Below the pieces are notes generated by a model that was given only the letters and a program-made list of their open reading frames with translations, searched no databases and was not told the DNA's origin. Both the position numbers and the translations under genes were made by a program. A stretch of DNA of 64,000 bases from an uncultured Acidimicrobiaceae bacterium (GTDB lineage: Bacteria; Actinomycetota; Acidimicrobiia; Acidimicrobiales; RAAP-2): assembly GCA_963738545.1 (NCBI GenBank), contig CAVTXA010000004.1, forward strand, positions 8,391 to 72,390, in the 5' to 3' direction. This document shows, piece by piece, positions 62,553 to 64,000 of the stretch. Each line of letters starts with the position of its first letter. Position 1 is the stretch's first letter.

Positions 62553-62618
62553 TCACTATCTTGTCAAGGGGGCTTCCCTCATTGTCTTCTCGGACCCTTC
62601 AACGGGTAGCGTCCCTCC

Positions 62619-64000
62619 ATGGCCGAGGACCGCATCCCCCGCTGGGGCGAGGGCTCGCTGGCCGATACCGTCCTGGTGTCCAACCGGGGACCCCTGACCT
62701 TCCACCTCGAAGACGGTGTTCCCGTGGCCGGTTCCTCGGCCGGCGGGTTGGCCGGATCCATGCACCCCCTGGTGGTCGGCACCGGAGCCACATGGGTGGC
62801 CGCAGCCCTCGGCGAGGCCGACCGGGCCGCAGCGGCGGCTGGACTCATGTCCGAGGACGGCCTGCTCATCGAGCTGGTCGAGCCCGACGCCGACGTCTAC
62901 AACCTGGCCTACAACGTGGTGTCCAACTCCATGCTGTGGTTCTGCCACCATCACCTCTTCGACGCCGTCCGCCGACCCCGTGCCGATCAGCGGTGGTTGG
63001 AGGCCTGGGACGCGTATCGCGAGTTCAACCAGCTGTTCGCCCAGCGGGTGGCCAAGGTCGCACCCGAGGGTGGCCGGGTCCTCGTCCAGGACTACCACCT
63101 CGCCCTCATGGGATCAGAGCTGGCCCGCCTGCGACCCGACCTCCGGACCACCCACTTCACCCACACCCCCTTCGCCGATCCTTCCGTGCTCCGCATGCTT
63201 CCGACCGCGGTGGGCCACGAGCTGATGGGCAACATGGCCGACTTCGGGGCCTGTGGGTTCCATACGGCTCGATGGGCTTCGTCCTACCGGGCCGACCAGG
63301 ACATGGTCTTCGGCCAGACGATGTCCGGCGACCGCAGTGGTCCCACCTTCGTGTCGCCGCTCTCCACCGATCCCGTCAAACTGGCCAGGGCTGCGGCGGA
63401 GCCGGCCGTGGGTCGGGCGCTGGCCCGCATCGAGGAGAAGATCGGCGGTTCCGACCGCCAGGTCATCGTCCGCGTGGACCGGATGGAGCTCTCGAAGAAC
63501 CTCCTGCGTGGGTTCTGGGCCTTTGACGAGCTGCTCGAACTCCAGCCCCACCGGCGGGAGCGGGTCGTCTTCGTGGCCCTGGCCTACCCCACCCGACAGG
63601 GGCTGCCCGAGTACCTCGCCTACCAGAACGAGGTGGAGTCCACGGTGGACCGCATCAACCACCAGTGGGGCACGACGGGGTGGACGCCGATCGTGCTGGA
63701 GGTCGAGGACGACTACCCGCGCTCGCTGGCCGCCCTCACCCGCTACGACGTCCTCATGGTCAATCCGGTGAGGGACGGCCTCAATCTCGTGGCCAAGGAA
63801 GGGCCGCTGATCAACACCCGCGACGGCGTCCTCGCCCTGTCCCGAGAGGCGGGCGCCTTTGAGACGTTGTCGCCCGGTGCCCTCGAATTGAACCCGTTCG
63901 ATGTCTCGGGCACTGCAGCTGTGCTGGCCGAGGCCCTGGACATGGAGCCCGGGCTCCGGTCCGTCCAGGCAGCCCGCCTCCGTCAGCTGATCCTCTCCCA
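62619..64000 (+). CDS. otsA: trehalose-6-phosphate synthase (GT20), 3' end outside the window; absent from the supplied ORF track
   Basis: My own translation from the ATG at 62619 gives 'LVSNRGPLTF', 'YNVVSNSMLWFCHHHLF', 'VLVQDYHLAL', 'THFTHTPF', 'VRVDRMELSKN', 'NPVRDGLNLVAKE'. The frame stays open to the window end. Confidence 0.85.
   Translation, partial: MAEDRIPRWGEGSLADTVLVSNRGPLTFHLEDGVPVAGSSAGGLAGSMHPLVVGTGATWVAAALGEADRAAAAAGLMSEDGLLIELVEPDADVYNLAYNVVSNSMLWFCHHHLFDAVRRPRADQRWLEAWDAYREFNQLFAQRVAKVAPEGGRVLVQDYHLALMGSELARLRPDLRTTHFTHTPFADPSVLRMLPTAVGHELMGNMADFGACGFHTARWASSYRADQDMVFGQTMSGDRSGPTFVSPLSTDPVKLARAAAEPAVGRALARIEEKIGGSDRQVIVRVDRMELSKNLLRGFWAFDELLELQPHRRERVVFVALAYPTRQGLPEYLAYQNEVESTVDRINHQWGTTGWTPIVLEVEDDYPRSLAALTRYDVLMVNPVRDGLNLVAKEGPLINTRDGVLALSREAGAFETLSPGALELNPFDVSGTAAVLAEALDMEPGLRSVQAARLRQLILS

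Noticed and set aside
1-64000. Mobile elements, integrases, tRNA/rRNA genes, prophage or toxin-antitoxin modules.
   Set aside because: No transposase or integrase motifs, no terminal inverted repeats bracketing a segment, and no tRNA-like cloverleaf candidates turned up while reading the intergenic regions. I cannot exclude small RNAs without a covariance-model scan.

Overview
High-GC (about 70%) actinobacterial-type chromosomal window. It is densely coding, and I found no rRNA, tRNA, CRISPR array or recognisable mobile element. Many long ORFs in the supplied track are antisense or off-frame artefacts of the GC content.

Main content, in order:
- (1) The 3' end of a B12-dependent acyl-CoA mutase gene, followed by assorted metabolic and regulatory genes.
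- (2) 9.5-24.8 kb: a candidate exopolysaccharide locus.
  - Operon: a PelF-type GT4 glycosyltransferase, a 12-TM protein, an SDR epimerase and GlmS form one translationally coupled operon.
  - Divergent neighbour: it faces a divergent secreted protein of about 1,485 aa. That protein has an Agd3/CE4-like deacetylase signature, an FN3 insert, four Ig-like repeats and a C-terminal array of 42-aa repeats.
  - Flanks: a frameshifted spherulin-4 (GH135-type) gene, a GH114-type gene fragment and a LAL-family regulator.
  - Interpretation: this gene set matches the Pel and fungal galactosaminogalactan logic and is the most interesting system here.
- (3) 33.6-41.3 kb: an aa3-type cytochrome c oxidase locus (TlpA, SCO1, CtaG-like, ctaE, ctaD, ctaC, cupredoxin-like). 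Conserved peptide motifs jump between reading frames at many single-base sites. This indicates either pseudogenisation or local indel errors. An intact paralogous SCO1-fusion / BNR lipoprotein / CtaG-like operon lies next to it (41.5-45.7 kb).
- (4) A SAM-I riboswitch in front of a threonine-synthase-like plus ThiS/MoaD-like gene pair.
- (5) Several regulator-transporter or regulator-enzyme pairs (MarR-MFS, TetR-MFS, P450-TetR) with clear AT-rich palindromic operators.
- (6) gpgS, and a 3'-truncated otsA that is missing from the ORF track.

All functional calls rest on motif recognition by eye. No searches were run.
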